Assembly (NCBI GenBank): GCA_951406725.2
Contig: OX597832.1
Location: 24,614,001-24,678,000, forward strand
Direction: 5' to 3'
Length of the DNA: 64,000 nucleotides
From: Octopus vulgaris
Lineage: Eukaryota
The position numbers and the translations under genes were made by a program. Shown one piece after another: positions 1-15,227 of this stretch. Each line of letters opens with the position of its first letter. The first letter of the stretch is position 1. Below the pieces are notes generated by a model. The model was not told the origin of the DNA and searched no databases. It worked only from the letters and a program-made list of their open reading frames with translations.

Positions 1-30
1 ACCGATCCAAGCAGAGATCATTATTACCAG

Positions 31-61
<31 letters not shown>

Positions 62-362
62 GCAGAGAGGGAGAGAAAAACAGAGTGAGAGAGAGAGAGA
101 GAGGGAGGGAGGAGGATTACTTTTTGTATTTTTCTATTATCTTCAATTTTTTTCTTCTCCTCCTTGATATCTCATCGCGTAACACAAAAGAAGCAATTTC
201 GGAAACTCTCATATTTTGCATACTTAAACAACTACTACACTATATCATATTGTTTGTGTATATGTTTACATACATGTACATACACACACATACACACACA
301 CATATATGTATAACTGTATAATGATATATGTATATATATATATATACGAATTCATGTACGCA

Positions 363-408
<46 letters not shown>

Positions 409-663
409 TATGCATGTATGTACGTATGTATATGTACATACATACTTGCACACACACGCATATACATATACTTGTATATATTACATTAATTGTATATTTA
501 TTATATATATTTTACATTTCATAATATTTATTATATACTGAGATGTATGTTTTGTATTATATATTATATGTTACACATATTGCATAATCCTTTTTTTATT
601 GCATATACATATTACATATAATATTTCTCATTATTTTTATTTATATATATACATATATATACA

Positions 664-710
<47 letters not shown>

Positions 711-802
711 TAATATATTAGTTTGCCAGGTGGTGCTATTAGGTTCGATATGGCCTGAGCCAATACTGGCCGAAGCCTATCAAAGAATAAAAGTATTTAT
801 GT

Positions 803-869
<67 letters not shown>

Positions 870-891
870 ATCTATCTATCTCTATGCAGTA

Positions 892-947
<56 letters not shown>

Positions 948-1045
948 ATATTTGTATATATACATTAATATATATATATATGTATGTGTATATATATGTA
1001 TATATATATATATATACATATACACATATACATGAATTTCTACAA

Positions 1046-1078
<33 letters not shown>

Positions 1079-1425
1079 AACATATATATTTGGAGAAATT
1101 GGTGTATTGTTTCTATATATACATATATGTTTGTATATATACATATATATTAATAGGCATATAGGCGTGTGACGTCATGGTTAAGTTATTGCCCTCACGA
1201 TCATGGGTACGCTTCACACAGCGTTTGACGCGTTGTGCTCTTGCGCAAAACCCTTCCGTTCATGTTGCTCCAGTCCACTCAGCGCATTGTAATCAGCGAT
1301 GTGTAGCAACAACCGATAGTCTTGTTGATACTTTATGCCACTGTGATATACATACATCCATAAATAGATTCACACCTACAAATGTACATACACACGCACA
1401 CACACACACGTATATATATATACAT

Positions 1426-1823
1426 GGAGTGGCTGTGTGGTAAGTAGCTTGCTTACGAACCACATAGTCCCGGGTTCAGTCCCACTCCGTGGCAGCTTGG
1501 GCGAATGTCTTCTGCTATAGCCTCGGGCTGACCAAAGCCTTGTGAGTGGATCTGGTAGACAGAAACTGAAAGAAGTCCGTCGTATATATATGTATATATA
1601 TGTGTTTGTGTGTCTGAGTTTGTTCCCCTAACATCGCTTGACAACCGATACTTGTGTGTTTACGTCCCCGTACCTTAGCGGTTCGGCAAAAGATACCGAT
1701 AGAATGAGTACTAGGCTTACACAGAATAAGTCCTGAGGTCGATTTGTTCGACTAAAGACGGTGCTCCAGCATGGTCGCAGTCACATGACTGAAACAAATA
1801 AAAGAGTAAAATAGTAAAAAGAG
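1426..1823 (+). mobile_element. SINE-A (tRNA-derived, CORE-like, internal microsatellite)
   Basis: A-box gtggctgtgtggtaag, B-box gggttcagtccc, CORE-like cttgggc.a.tgtctt..tagcctc, internal (TA/TG)n, tail gagtaaaa. Confidence 0.88.
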
Positions 1824-2240
1824 TATATATATAGTATATGTTAGTATACACATATATACGCACCAACGCAGAAACGCTCAGACATGTATGTATATTTACG
1901 TATGTATGTGTTTATGGATACACGTGTCTGTACGTATTCATCTGTACGCCATGTCTCATATCATTTAATGACGTACCCCACGAATATAACCTACCCGTAT
2001 ATCAATCTAAATTACATCCCTTACAAATGAAATCCCGAACGTTCCCTATCGTTCGTTTATTTCTTCCTTCATTTTTTTCTTTCTTTATTTTCTGCTTATT
2101 GTTGCTATTCGTGGGTGGGTGTTCTTGTTTTATGAAAAAATAACGAAGTTTTATTTATTAACTCGCTGTTCCTTGTAAGATTAACGTCCGTAGAAGGCAC
2201 CATGAATATTTCAGAGAATATATTAAATACTTGTCATCAC

Positions 2241-2284
<44 letters not shown>

Positions 2285-2293
2285 ATATCTATA

Positions 2294-2364
<71 letters not shown>

Positions 2365-2410
2365 AGATAGATACATATATATAGATACATATATATATAT
2401 ATAGATAGAT

Positions 2411-2471
<61 letters not shown>

Positions 2472-3192
2472 TACATACACACACACATATATATATATAT
2501 AGATACATATTTATATAATATATATATATATATATGTATATATATACATATATATATATATATCAAGATAGATAAATAGATTGATAGATAAATAGATAGA
2601 CTTACGTGCCTGTGTATGTGTGTTCGCAAGTCACCGTGTAAGGATTATATGTATACACCCCCCCCACACACATATATGAAGGTTACATGAATGTTAGAGA
2701 TTTGAAGAGACAGATAGACTGACAGACATACAGGCATATAAACAGACAGACAGACAGATTGGTACAAAGACAGAAAAAAGAGAGAGAAAGAGAGAGAGAG
2801 AGAGAGAGTTAGAGAGAGAGGGGGGAGAGTTGGGGGAGAGATACTACGAGACGGAGAAGGAAGAAAATTGCTAGATAGATAGTTATTAACATCGATTCGC
2901 TTTTGCCAAAATGATTTATTAATATACCAGTTTGATATGAATGTATGATCCTCGAACTTAAAACTAACGCAAATTGTTAATAATAAAAACGAATTGGCCC
3001 CAAGTATTTATGAGTCGATAAATAAAACTTATATCACGAAATATTAGTAACTCTTAACATTTGTAATTTCGTACAAGATTTCCGTATTCACTCGGATGCA
3101 TTCTTAACCATCACATCCCGATAACATTAGCTATATGTTATACATCCACACACACAAAAAGACACACACATACATACACACACATATACATA

Positions 3193-3226
<34 letters not shown>

Positions 3227-3540
3227 CTATATATATCATACATATATATATCATACATATATATAGCTATAAGTGTAAATATGTTTTTATATATGTATAC
3301 TGTATATGTGTATACATGTATATATAACCTTTTCGTTATAAATTCATATTAGCAAGTATTTATATATCATTTCATGTGAAAGGATCTTGTAATTCGTAAT
3401 ATGTATGTATACACATGCACTCACTATATATGACTATGTATGTATATATGTAAATATATATATATAATGTATAAATTTTCATATTCTATGTAAGAACACA
3501 CACATACATATATGTATATATGTATATATGTATATATGTA

Positions 3541-3607
<67 letters not shown>

Positions 3608-3872
3608 AGGTATTTATGTTTGTATGGTGCCTTTTTTTTATCAATGTCATTCCAACGTAAGCTCTTAGCAATGATACAGCATCCCCTGTTAATAAATCAG
3701 ATACGAAAGAAGATAATGGTGATCCGTTAACAGGAATTCCTTTTGCTGCTAGGTTATATCACCCGTCCCCTAAAATTAAACAATATATATATATATAATA
3801 TATGAAACAAAAAGTGGATCAAAAAATATAATATATGAAACAAAAAAATGAGCAATAATTTATATAATATAT

Positions 3873-3903
<31 letters not shown>

Positions 3904-4763
3904 CACACATATGCATACATACATATTAGATATATACATGTTAGATATTTGCATAAAAATACTTCTATATTCACAGGTGCCTCTCTATCTATTGGACGCT
4001 AGGTGAAGCGTCTATATTGTTGAACCATACTATATACATTGCTATCAATAATGGTATAGATTAGTAGGTATTAACTATTAGCTGTATAGTTCATAGATGA
4101 CATGTTTCATTTCCACCTTCCACTCGTCCGTTTTTTAAATATATAAAGTTATATAAGTGATATACTAGATATATACTAACATATCTATTTCCCATGTTTT
4201 ATATTAAGTTTTGTTATTCATATATATTTTCCAATTTTGAGATAGTTGCTTCGAAAATAACATATTTCTTTACATCTCTTTGCCACCGGAACGTGTGGAC
4301 GCCACAAAAAGAAAAAAATTCTTATCTGGCTCATTTACGGTTCAGAGGATATCATAGCATCTGATGTTCCGAGGTTCGAGATTCGCCGCAAATCATTTTG
4401 GCTTTTTGCTGAACTGATTTTTTTCAATCCGACGACTCTGAGGATCAAACGAGTACTGAGACTTACAGCGTGTCACTGGTTCTGAAGAAAATTAAACTTT
4501 AATTGCAATTGTGATTGCTTAGGCTGTCGCTGTCGAAGACGCCGTCTTCGGTGATTACAGCGACGCCGATGGCATCAATGATGACGATGAAGACGGCGAT
4601 GACAACGATGACAATCAGGATAACAACAACAACGAAAGTGGAGGCGCAATGGCCCAGTGGTAAGGGCAGTGGACTCTCGGTCGTAAGAACGCGGCTTCGA
4701 TTCCCAGAACGGGCATTGTGAGTGTTTATTGAGCAAAAACACCTATACATATGTATATATATG

Positions 4764-4844
<81 letters not shown>

Positions 4845-4879
4845 ATATATTCATATATATATCTATATTTATCACTATA

Positions 4880-4921
<42 letters not shown>

Positions 4922-5270
4922 CATACACACCATATGGGCAAAACGAGGCCTGCACGCAGAAAATTAATAGTCTTACTGTATACAACATGATCAAAGTGAC
5001 AGTGGTGTTTTTTACTATGTAATTTTAATTTCATACGTTAAATAAATTTTAAATATAGATTTTATCGACAAGTTACGTCATATTTAAATGTTTTTCTTTA
5101 CCTTTGACATTTTTTAATTACAAAGCATGTTCACATGATCTTGATATTTCTGAATACAGTTACAACACAAACATACCGAGAAAGGCTATATAAACGAAGC
5201 TGTCACGTTTTTGATTAATTTGTGTATGTGCGCGCGTGAGGTGCACATACATACATCTTTTATGACTATG

Positions 5271-5324
<54 letters not shown>

Positions 5325-5488
5325 CATATATACATATATATATATGTATATATTATTATTTTCACCACTACCACCACCACCCTCCTCCTCGTCCTCGTCC
5401 ACTTCCTCCTCCTCGTCCTCCTCCACCTCCACCACCACATCCTCCTCCTCCTACTCCTCCTCCTCCTCCTCCTCCTCATCATCATCAT

Positions 5489-5690
5489 AAAGGCGGCGTG
5501 CTGGCAGAATCGTTAGTACACTAGGCACAATGCTTAGTAACCTTTCGTTCGTCTTCACAATCTGAGTTCAAATTCCGCTGAGGTCGGCTTTCCTTTTTCC
5601 TCCTTTCAGAGTCGATAAATGAAGTACCAGTGAAACACTGGGGTCGATGCAGTCGACTTGTCCCCTCCCGCCAAATTTCAGGCTTTTTGT
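5489..5690 (+). mobile_element. SINE-B (further copies or fragments at ~11.9-12.8, 21.55-22.3, 23.6-23.9, 35.8-36.1, 39.15-39.3, 46.4-46.5, 49.65-50.0 and 55.2-55.45 kb)
   Basis: Same head and central domain as 40160-40390. Confidence 0.8.
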
Positions 5691-5965
5691 TATTATTATT
5701 GTTATTATTATTAATATTAGTAGTAGTTGTAGTAGTTGTAATAGTAGCATTGGGTATAGTAGTAATACCAGCAGCAGCAGCAGTATTATTAATAGTAGTA
5801 GTAGTAGTAGTAATATAAAATTATCGGTATATAGGAAAGCAATTATAGCTTTATACACCTGTGAGTATTTGAATACAGTTCAGCCGCTCACCATTCTGTA
5901 TAATTCTCCGTCCGTCTGCTCTCCCCCTCTTTCTGTCTTCTCTTTCTCTCTTTCTCTCTTCTCTT

Positions 5966-6009
<44 letters not shown>

Positions 6010-6583
6010 TTTTTCTCTCTTCTCTTTCTCTCTCTCTTTCTTTCTTTGTTTGTTTCTTTCTTTCTTTCTCTCTCTCCCCCCTCCCCCCTCTCTCTTTTCT
6101 CTCTTCTCTTTCCCTCTTCAACTGTTTACGTAACAGCATGCATGCAAGTGCCTTTCTATGTGTTCAGAAGTGCGCATGTCTGTTCCATGTGTATACGTTT
6201 GCGTCTAGCCGTCATGTTGAAAGAAAAGGGGGGAAACTTTCAGCTTGCACATTCCTTCATATACCAATGCCACATTAAACAAATTGCAACATTAAACAGA
6301 CTGCTCAAACACCAATGCAAAACCAAATTGCTACATTAAACACATTTCATGCTATTAAGACCATCTTCTGTGACACAACATTACACGTCATCACACGACA
6401 GTTATCGTTGGAACGAAGTATTCGGTGCCCGCCATTTGTAGCAACCATTGGTTAACCGAGAGTAATTATGTGTGTATGCGTGAGAATGTATTTTAGTGTG
6501 TGCAAGTGTGAGTATGTGTGTGTACGTGCGTGTGATTCTGAAGAAATTGTGTGTGATTCTCAGGTTTTATGAGGGTGTGTATG

Positions 6584-6627
<44 letters not shown>

Positions 6628-7650
6628 AAGTTTGGAAGTATGTCTGTGTTTTTGTTGTTTATTTGTGAAAAAAAGTTTTTACTATTTCAAAGCGGTGACT
6701 ACAAAATGAGTTTCGTGATGATAGAGTTTCAGTAATAATTTTGTCGAGGGTTCGATCCCGCTGGATGACTGGAAGTAAAACCCATCTAACTTAACCACCG
6801 ACCTTACTGAAAATATGTGACGGACCAATATTATACGCTGAAAGAAATAAAAGAATAAAAAGAGTAAAAGAATAATTAAGCCAGCATCAAATAAGCGACG
6901 CCAAATAGGCGACGCCAAAACGGCTGCGCCGAATCGTCTCTTACCCGTCTCACGGGACAGGATTACCCACAGATTTCTTTTACCAGTTTTCACTCACAAA
7001 GCTTTCTTAGGGACGGAGTTGGAGGAGACTAACTCCCGAGACAGCGCAGAAGGAAGTAAGAAACATCGAACCCAACATCACACCATGTTCAAAACAAATT
7101 TCTTAACTCCTAAGCCATACTTACGCTTCATTGTAAATAGGTGTCGGATCCTTGATCAAGACCCGCGTTACGTAGGAGATTTAGAGCCACTCGTCAAACA
7201 ACGAACAACTGTCAAACCTTAATATATTTTGAATGATCTAAACACACTCCAATCATAATTGGATCTTATTCAGGTATGTTCACAATTTGTTCGTTCTGAC
7301 GTGAATGGAAATCGATGTAAATTCAATGCAGCTCTCACTAAATTAACTATTATTATTATTATAAAAGAGGAATATAGCATTGCTTACAAAACACGGCTCT
7401 CGTGAAAATGAAACAAAACTAAAGAAGCGGAGAGGAAGAGAAGAAAAAGATAGTAACTCGAGACGTAAACTACGAAGTCAACTGACCTTCTCCAAACACC
7501 AACCCCTATGTGTGTGTATTTGTGTGTGCGTGTGTGTGTGTGTGTGTGTCTATGTGTGTGTGTGTGTGTGTGTATGTGTGCGCCCGTGTGTGTACTTATG
7601 TAGGCAAAATGTGTGCGCATACATATATCCACATACGTATATATCTGAGT

Positions 7651-7683
<33 letters not shown>

Positions 7684-7840
7684 AATATATATATGTATAT
7701 ATATATGTATATATATATGTATATACATATATAGATGTATCTATATTTTGGTATATATACATGTATGCATGTATATATGAGTATATATATGCATATAATT
7801 ATATTTGTACGTATATATATATATATATATATATATGTAG

Positions 7841-7889
<49 letters not shown>

Positions 7890-7998
7890 TACATATATAT
7901 ACATAAATATACATATATACATATATATATACATAGATATGTATGGATGTATATAGAAATACCTACGTATGTATATGTCAGTAGATATGCGTGTGCTT

Positions 7999-8067
<69 letters not shown>

Positions 8068-8753
8068 CATACACACACACATCAGTGTGAAACGATGTTA
8101 CAACGTTAACTATAAACAGCGAGACACGATACCCAAATTCAAAAGAAAAACTTGATGAATATTGTTCAAAGTTCAAAGAAAGAAAACGGAGACCGAAGAC
8201 AAGTTAATCTGATTTTGATTCCACTGTTTCGAAATAGCGTACTTGTAATAAATAAGAGTATAAGGAAAGGAAAAAAGGATAGGAGCGAAACGAGTAACAT
8301 ATGAAAAGTTTTTCGGATTCGATAAGGGAAAAACCACGGTATTTCGTTAAGTATGGAAACCTTTTAATTGGTCGTGATACTCAATCAGAAATAAGATGAC
8401 AGCAGACTGTGTAGGTAGCGTAGGTGGCGCTGGGTGGTATCCGTGATGTCGAATAGTGGAAGATAAGTTTATCGTGTTTGGAATTTTGAGATAGACATAT
8501 ACGCACGCTAGAAGAATCTAGGTTTATTTATTATATAACGCTGGACTAAAAGGAGACTTCTTTCATTGAACAGGAATATCTTCAAGACGGCAGCCATTGT
8601 GATACGAAGCTCCGAACTTAATACAGTATTCGATAAGAGTTTCTTGTTTGTCGTCTGCTAGAGAAGAAGAAGAAAAAAAATTGGGGTAGAAGATGAATGG
8701 GACAGCGACTCTGAGCGATGTTTCCACTATATTTTCTTCGTTCACCCCCATAC

Positions 8754-8793
<40 letters not shown>

Positions 8794-9146
8794 TTCTTCT
8801 TTCTTTCCTTCTTTCTTTTCCTCTTTCTTTATTTCCCTTCTTCTTGCTTTCCTTCTTTCCTTCTTTGTTTCCCTTTTTCTTTCTTTCTTTCCTTCTTTCT
8901 TCCCTTCTTTGCTTCTTTCCTTCTTTCTTTCCTTCCATCTTTCCTTCTTTCTTTCTTTCTTTCTTTCTTCTTTTTTCCTTCCTTCTTTCTTTCATTCCCT
9001 CCTTCTTTCTTTCTTTCCTCCATTTCCTTCTTTCCTTATCTTCTTCTTCTTCTTCTTCTTCTTCTTCTTCTTCTTCTTCTTCTTCTTCTTCTTCTTCCCC
9101 TCCTCCTCCACCTCCTCCCCTGCCTCCGTCTCCACCTCCTCCGTCC

Positions 9147-9545
9147 TCATTACTATTATTATATAAATGTTCAAAATTTTTTCGTAGATTGAGAGAAATC
9201 TACCAAATCTGGTGTGTGTGTGCGCAGCATTGTGCGTTCTTTTCTGCTGTTGGGAGCGTGCGAACTCTTCCCTGTATTGTATTGTCTTTTTTTTCCTCCT
9301 TGAGGTGTGGTGCTGACATTTGTTGTGTTACTGCTTGTATTGTGTATTGAGCCTGTAATGCTTTGGTTTCTTAGTTTGCTGGTGGAAGCTTATTTCATTG
9401 AGTAAATCCTGTATAAAGTGTGTCTCGTACTTGTGGATTAGGTTGTATTCTTGGATTGATAATGTCTTGCGTAGGATATGGGCAGTTCATAGCAGGGCTG
9501 CTTTTTGGACAGTGTGTACTGTTGAGGATCCAGATACACATCCTA
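9147..9545 (-). mobile_element. 3' fragment of a second R4/Dong-like subfamily (ORF end + 3' UTR + short TAA tail)
   Basis: Minus translation VSGSSTVHTVQKAALL*TAHILRKTLSI parallels IPGLPSLQEVQKIVLTGTSHVLRRALSM at the end of the 56-58 kb ORF. Ends in aataatagtaat. Confidence 0.7.
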
Positions 9546-10145
9546 TTCTTCTTCTTCTTCTTCTTCTTCTTCTTCTTCTTCTTCTTCTTCTTCTTCTTCT
9601 TCTTCTTCTTCTTCTCCTCCTCCTCCTCCTTCTTCTTCTTCTTCTTCCCATTCCTCCCCCCCACCCCTCCCCCTCCTCCTCCTGACCATCATCATCATAA
9701 TCATTACCATCGCAATCAACTCGCCGCTCCCCTACTACAATGACAATCATAATCATCGTCGTCGACGGTGCAATCATTAGCATTATCATCACCATAAAAA
9801 TCATCATCAACTGTATCGTCATTGCGACGACTACGACCAGGACCATGACCACGACCACCACCACCGGTACCACGACCACCACCACCACCACCAGCAACAA
9901 CCATTTTATAGTATTACTTCAAATTTTTAAAAAAAGTACCATTCGATATACAAAATTCAAATTTTAAATCTCTGAAGAGCAGAAGAGTTGCCTTTAAATG
10001 CTTATCAATATAAGATTCCATTATAGGGACAGCACCTCTGTGAAACAATCGTAAGATGCTTTAAAAACTTAATTGAAAAACTTTTAAACTATCATATACA
10101 TTATATATTTATATTTATACATATTTCCTATATATTTTTATATAT

Positions 10146-10558
10146 AGGCGCAGGAGTGGCTGTGTGGTAAGTAGCTTGCTAACCAACCACATGGTTCCGG
10201 GTTCAGTCCCACTGCGTGGCATCTTGGGCAAATGTCTTCTGCTATAGCCCCGGGCCGACCAATGCCTTGTGAGTGGATTTGGTAGACGGAAACTGAAAGA
10301 AGCCTGTCGTATATATGTATATATATATATGTATGTGTGTGTTTGTTTGTCTGTGTTTGTCCCCCTAGCATTGCTTGACAACCGATGCTGGTGTGTTAAC
10401 GTCTCCGTCACTTAGCGGTTCGGCAAAAGAGACCGATAGAATAAGTACTGGGCTTACAAAGAATAAGTCCTGGGGTCGATTTGCTCGACTAAAGGCGGTG
10501 CTCCAGCATGGCCGCAGTCAAATGACTGAAACAAGTAAAAGAGTAAAGAGTAAAGAGT
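10146..10558 (+). mobile_element. SINE-A, full length
   Basis: Near-identical structure to the other SINE-A copies. Confidence 0.9.
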
Positions 10559-11210
10559 ATATTTATATTTTTAATACAATAATTATTTTACACACGTATA
10601 TATCTTTCTGAAGAATTTTCAAATATTGATTTCCTGATATTAATAGTGTAAATAATGTAAATTAAGGACCAGTTAAGCACTGGAGTCTATGTAATCAATT
10701 ATCCCCCTCCCTCACAATTTCAGGTCTACAGTTGAAAAGTTTATTAGTGTTTCCCTCAAGCGACAACATGGCCACTCATAGGCTCTTCCTTTTCTTTCTC
10801 TTTTTGACAGAAGAGTTCAAATATAAATGACTTTTTACCATGAGTAAACACAATGTGATATATCGTACTAAACGAAGTTCGCTAGATGTGGTCATTGCTA
10901 TGTGAATATCCAACCATAGAGAGAAAAGCTTTGAAAAATTAATAAAAACTCAAAGATCGGATATTATTGGTTTGGAATATTCAAACGTTTTGAGTGTTAA
11001 ATTCTCATATTCTGAATAAATAAATAAACAAGAAACGAAAAGTAAAACTAAAAGGGAAATACAGTTGAAATTGGTGTATGGTGAATGGTGTACATTGTCG
11101 TACTTAAATGAACTATAGATATACATAGATATACACATACATGCACACGTACATATATATATATATATACTTATGTATGTATGTATATATAGATATATGC
11201 ATACATAAGT

Positions 11211-11252
<42 letters not shown>

Positions 11253-12189
11253 AACTACCTTTCCATCTATCTGTATATTTACATATAGAGAGTAATTCAC
11301 AACACATATCTATGTGAGAATGTGTGCGTATATATATATATAGAAATACATACTGTATGTATATATATATATATATATATATATAAATATATAAACGTAT
11401 ATATGTATATATGTATATGTGTATACACAGATATATATATATATATAAACTTACATATCCACGCCACACGCACAAACACACGTGTAAGTACACACACACA
11501 CACATATATATATGTTCTACATATGAGGGTTCGTGAGTGTATTTCACAATTCTATGCTGTTAATACATTAACACGCGTAATAAGTTAAATTCCTTCGCCA
11601 TTACCACCTTCTAACTAATTTACTAAAATACGATTTCCCTTGTATATATTCCCCAGGGATGTATGTGATGAACAGAAGTGATTAAAACATAATCTCTGTG
11701 TTTTGCAAAGGGAATTTCATTATTTAAAGTTGTGAATATGCTGATTACTCAACAATTAAACATAGCCACTGCAACATACCTGTCAGGCAAGGGACAGGAA
11801 AAGAAATGTGAAATGAAGAAAATTTAAGTGAACTTTATTATTATTGTTATTATTAATGTTAATATGGCTGAAATTTTTGCTGTTGTTATTACCAAGGTGA
11901 TAAGCTAGTATAATCATTGGCAACATACTGAGTTGCATACCGCCCGTATTTTGCATTGTGAGTTTAAATTCCGCCAAAGTCGACTTTGCTTTCATTCTTT
12001 CGGGATGGATAAAAAAAAATACTAGCTACATACTGGGGTGGATGTAATCGACTCATCTCTTCCTTCACAATTGCTGCCCTTGCAGCAAAATTTGAAACCA
12101 AAGGCGGCGAGCTGGCAGAAACGTTAGCACGTCGGGCGAAATGCTTAGCGGTGTTTCGTTTGCCGTTACGTTCTGAGTTCAAATTCCCC

Positions 12190-12424
12190 AACTGATTAGA
12201 TTTTGGGATCGATCCAGTACCAGACAAGGATTCTGGATTATTTTTCCTATTTTCTTTTTTTACTTAATTTTCGAGAGCAGTCGGGTTCATTTTTAGTATT
12301 CCCGTTAGTGAGAGCAGTCAAGTTTATTTAAGATATTCTCATTTTAATAATCATCTCCGGCTAATCGTTGAGAGGATGTTGGTATTGCCTTGGTGGAGGT
12401 TTGCGATCACTGAGTGCACTTGTT
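12190..12424. mobile_element. Helentron/HINE-like fragment
   Basis: Ends in gccttggtggaggtttgcgatcactgagtgcacttgtt, which resembles recalled HINE/DINE-type termini. Interrupts a SINE-B head. Confidence 0.35.
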
Positions 12425-13368
12425 ATCATTTATTTTGTTATTATTATGAAGGCGGTATTTTCTGAGTTCAAATTCGGCCGAGGTCCACTTTGCTTTTCAT
12501 CGTTTTGGGGTCGATAACACAAATATTTACCCCTTCCCCCCAAATTTCAGGCCTTGTTCCTATTGTATAAAGAATTAAGGCGGTAAGCTGGCATAATCAT
12601 TAGCAAAATGCTCAGTGGCATTTCGTCGGCCTTTACGTTCGAAGTTCAAAATCCGCCGAGGTCGACTTTGCCTTTCATCCTTTCGGGGTCGATGAAATAA
12701 GTACCATTATTATATATCGGCGAGCTTGCAGAATCGATAGAGCTTCGGAAAAATTTGCTTTGTCGTGTTTTCTTCCGGATCTTTACGTTCTGATTTCTGC
12801 CTTTAGTGATTGATACGGCCTTCTAATAATTTTTTATGTAATCGATCGAAGCATTCTGCTGATCACATTGGTGCATGCATGGTTGTGTGGTTAATAAATC
12901 CGCTTTGCAACCATGCGGTTTCTGGTTCGGACCCACCGTAAAACGTCTTGGACAAGTGACTTCTACTGTACAACTGGTCCGACCGACGATTGAGCGTATT
13001 TTGTAGACGGAAACTGAGGAAGACAATACGACTGTCTGCTTGCCTGTCTGCCTGTCTGTCTCTATCTGTCTGTTTGTCTATCCTCTCTCTCTCTCTCTTT
13101 CTAACTATGTGTGTGTATGTCTGTGTTTGTGTTCGTGCCCGGCTTCTACTTATTTATCTTTCTTTCCGTCTGTCTGTCTGTCTGTTTGTCGTGTCGGGCA
13201 CATTTTTAAGCTCAGTAATCTGGAACAAAACAAAACAAAAATGCCTTGTTCAAAGACAAGGTTTCTCTCGGTCTAGGAATCGAACCCACGACCTTATGAT
13301 TGCGAGACAAGCATCTTAATTGCTCGGACATACACTTGCAACATGCATAAATAATTGATCCAGCTGAT

Positions 13369-13584
13369 ACTCTTTACTCTTACTCTTTTACTTGTTTCAG
13401 TCATTTGACTGCGGCCATGCTGGAGCACCGCCTTTAGTCGAGCAAATCAACCCCGGTACTTATTCTTTGTAAGCCCAGTACTTATTCTATCGGTCTCTTT
13501 TTTGCCGAACCGCTAAGTGACGGGGACGTAAACACACCAAACCATGTGGTTGGTTAGCAAGCTACTTACCACACAGCCACTCCT
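13369..13584 (-). mobile_element. SINE-A, internally deleted
   Basis: 3' module joined directly to the head at ~13540. Confidence 0.8.
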
Positions 13585-14063
13585 GATATCAACTTTTCTG
13601 CTGACGAAGATATTACTTTATACTTTTAAGCCTTATCCCATATGCTGCTTAAACTTCGGAAGCATACATTTACTACCAAGGGTAATATTAGAAAATGTGA
13701 CGTATACACATCAATTAATTATAATTTATCTTTTATCAGATTTCTTGGAGCTTGCTGAAAATGATGAAATGAATACGAAGTTTCTTAACAAAAATGTTTG
13801 TTACCTGAACATAAAATTAAAAATCAAATTTTTCATTCATATATTGCAATAAATATGATATTCTTCTTCTAAATTTTATCAGCGTAATTAGAATCAACAC
13901 CGCCGTAAACCCATCAGGAAAATTTCATTAAGAAATGTGTATTTCCCAGAAAGATATAGAACATTCATCAATCAATTCTTTTAATAATTTTCTGAGTCTG
14001 TTTTAGTCGAATTAATAGTTTCTCATGAAAATAAGATGGACCCTATTCGGACTTCGCGGAATG

Positions 14064-14560
14064 TTAGTTAGTTAGTTAGTTAATATTTTGGCTCAAAAAG
14101 CAAAAAGCAAGGCCATGTAGGGGGACATGGAGTTATGTACAGTTTGGTGTTCATGTAAAGAGTTCAGGCCACTTGAGGTCAAGGGAGACTTTGAACCGAG
14201 CGGTCGTCGGCATCTTCACCATCTCGTCTGGCAGCTTATTCCACGGATCCGCAACCCCGACGGAGAAAGCCCCTCTCCTTCGATTGAGATGAAATCGTCG
14301 CAGATAGAGCTTTTCGGAATGACCCCGCAGCCGACGCTCTGGAGCAGGAGTGAAGAACAGCTCTTTCGAGAGGTTACACTTTCCGCTTATGATGTTGTGA
14401 GCGAGAATGAGATCTCCACGGCGTCGTCGTTTTTCTAGAGAATAAAGGTCGAGCGTCTTCAGCCTTTCTTCATAAGACAAATTCTTGAGACCAAGAACCA
14501 TGCGGATAGCCAGCTTCTGGACTCTTTCGAGATGCTGTATGTCTTGAGGAGAATGTGGAG
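14064..14560 (-). mobile_element. CR1-type LINE 3' fragment with (AACT)n tail
   Basis: LERVQKLAIRMV..LSYEERLKTLDLYSLEKRRRRGDLI..LRGHSEKL..WNKLP..FKVSLD is the CR1-group ORF2 C-terminus. Short 3' UTR, then (ttag)n on + at 14064-14081. Confidence 0.88.
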
Positions 14561-14814
14561 ACGCAGGCTGGAAGGCAGAGTATTTCACAATCGAAGTTAG
14601 ATGTAGTGGGTTATTGGACATAGTGTGAGGTTATTGTTGTTGTCGCTAGGCCTAGCTCATCGTAAAGCATGTACCACCATGAGTGATATCCAGACTACAA
14701 GGAGAAGTCAAGCCACTGGATTTGGTTAAAAAGAGAAGATGAGCAATGAAGAAACCAACCAACCAACCAACCAACCAACCAACCAACCAACCAAACTTTA
14801 GATCGGATATTATT

Positions 14815-15088
14815 CTTTTCTACTTTAGGTACTTATTCCATCGGTCTCTTTTGTCGAACCGCTAAGTTACGGGGACGTAAACAAACCAGCAACGGTTATC
14901 AAGCGATGTTGGAGGGACAAACACAGACATACACACACATACACATAGTTTCCGTCGACCAAATCCACTCGCAAGGCTTTGGTCGGCTCGAGGCTATAGT
15001 AGAAGACACTTGTCCAAGGTGCCACGCAGTGGGATTGGACCCGGAACCATGTGGTTGGTAAGCAAGCTACTTACCACACAGCCACTCC
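14815..15088 (-). mobile_element. SINE-A, partial
   Basis: Reverse complement of the head and middle. Confidence 0.85.
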
Positions 15089-15192
15089 TTTCATTTTTAT
15101 TTTGTGAACTCATAACCCGGCAGAGGTGGATGTCGGCTTTCATTACTGCGGCGTCGTTAAGACATGCAAGCGCGCCCCGTGCCACACACAGA

Positions 15193-15227
<35 letters not shown>

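Noticed and set aside
4638-4712. tRNA-like sequences here and at other SINE heads
   Set aside because: They continue into SINE bodies and lack a full acceptor stem, so they are not tRNA genes.
6895-6935. Short cgacgccaaa repeats (CRISPR-like spacing)
   Set aside because: Only 2-3 units with no spacers in a eukaryotic context; probably a DNA transposon end.
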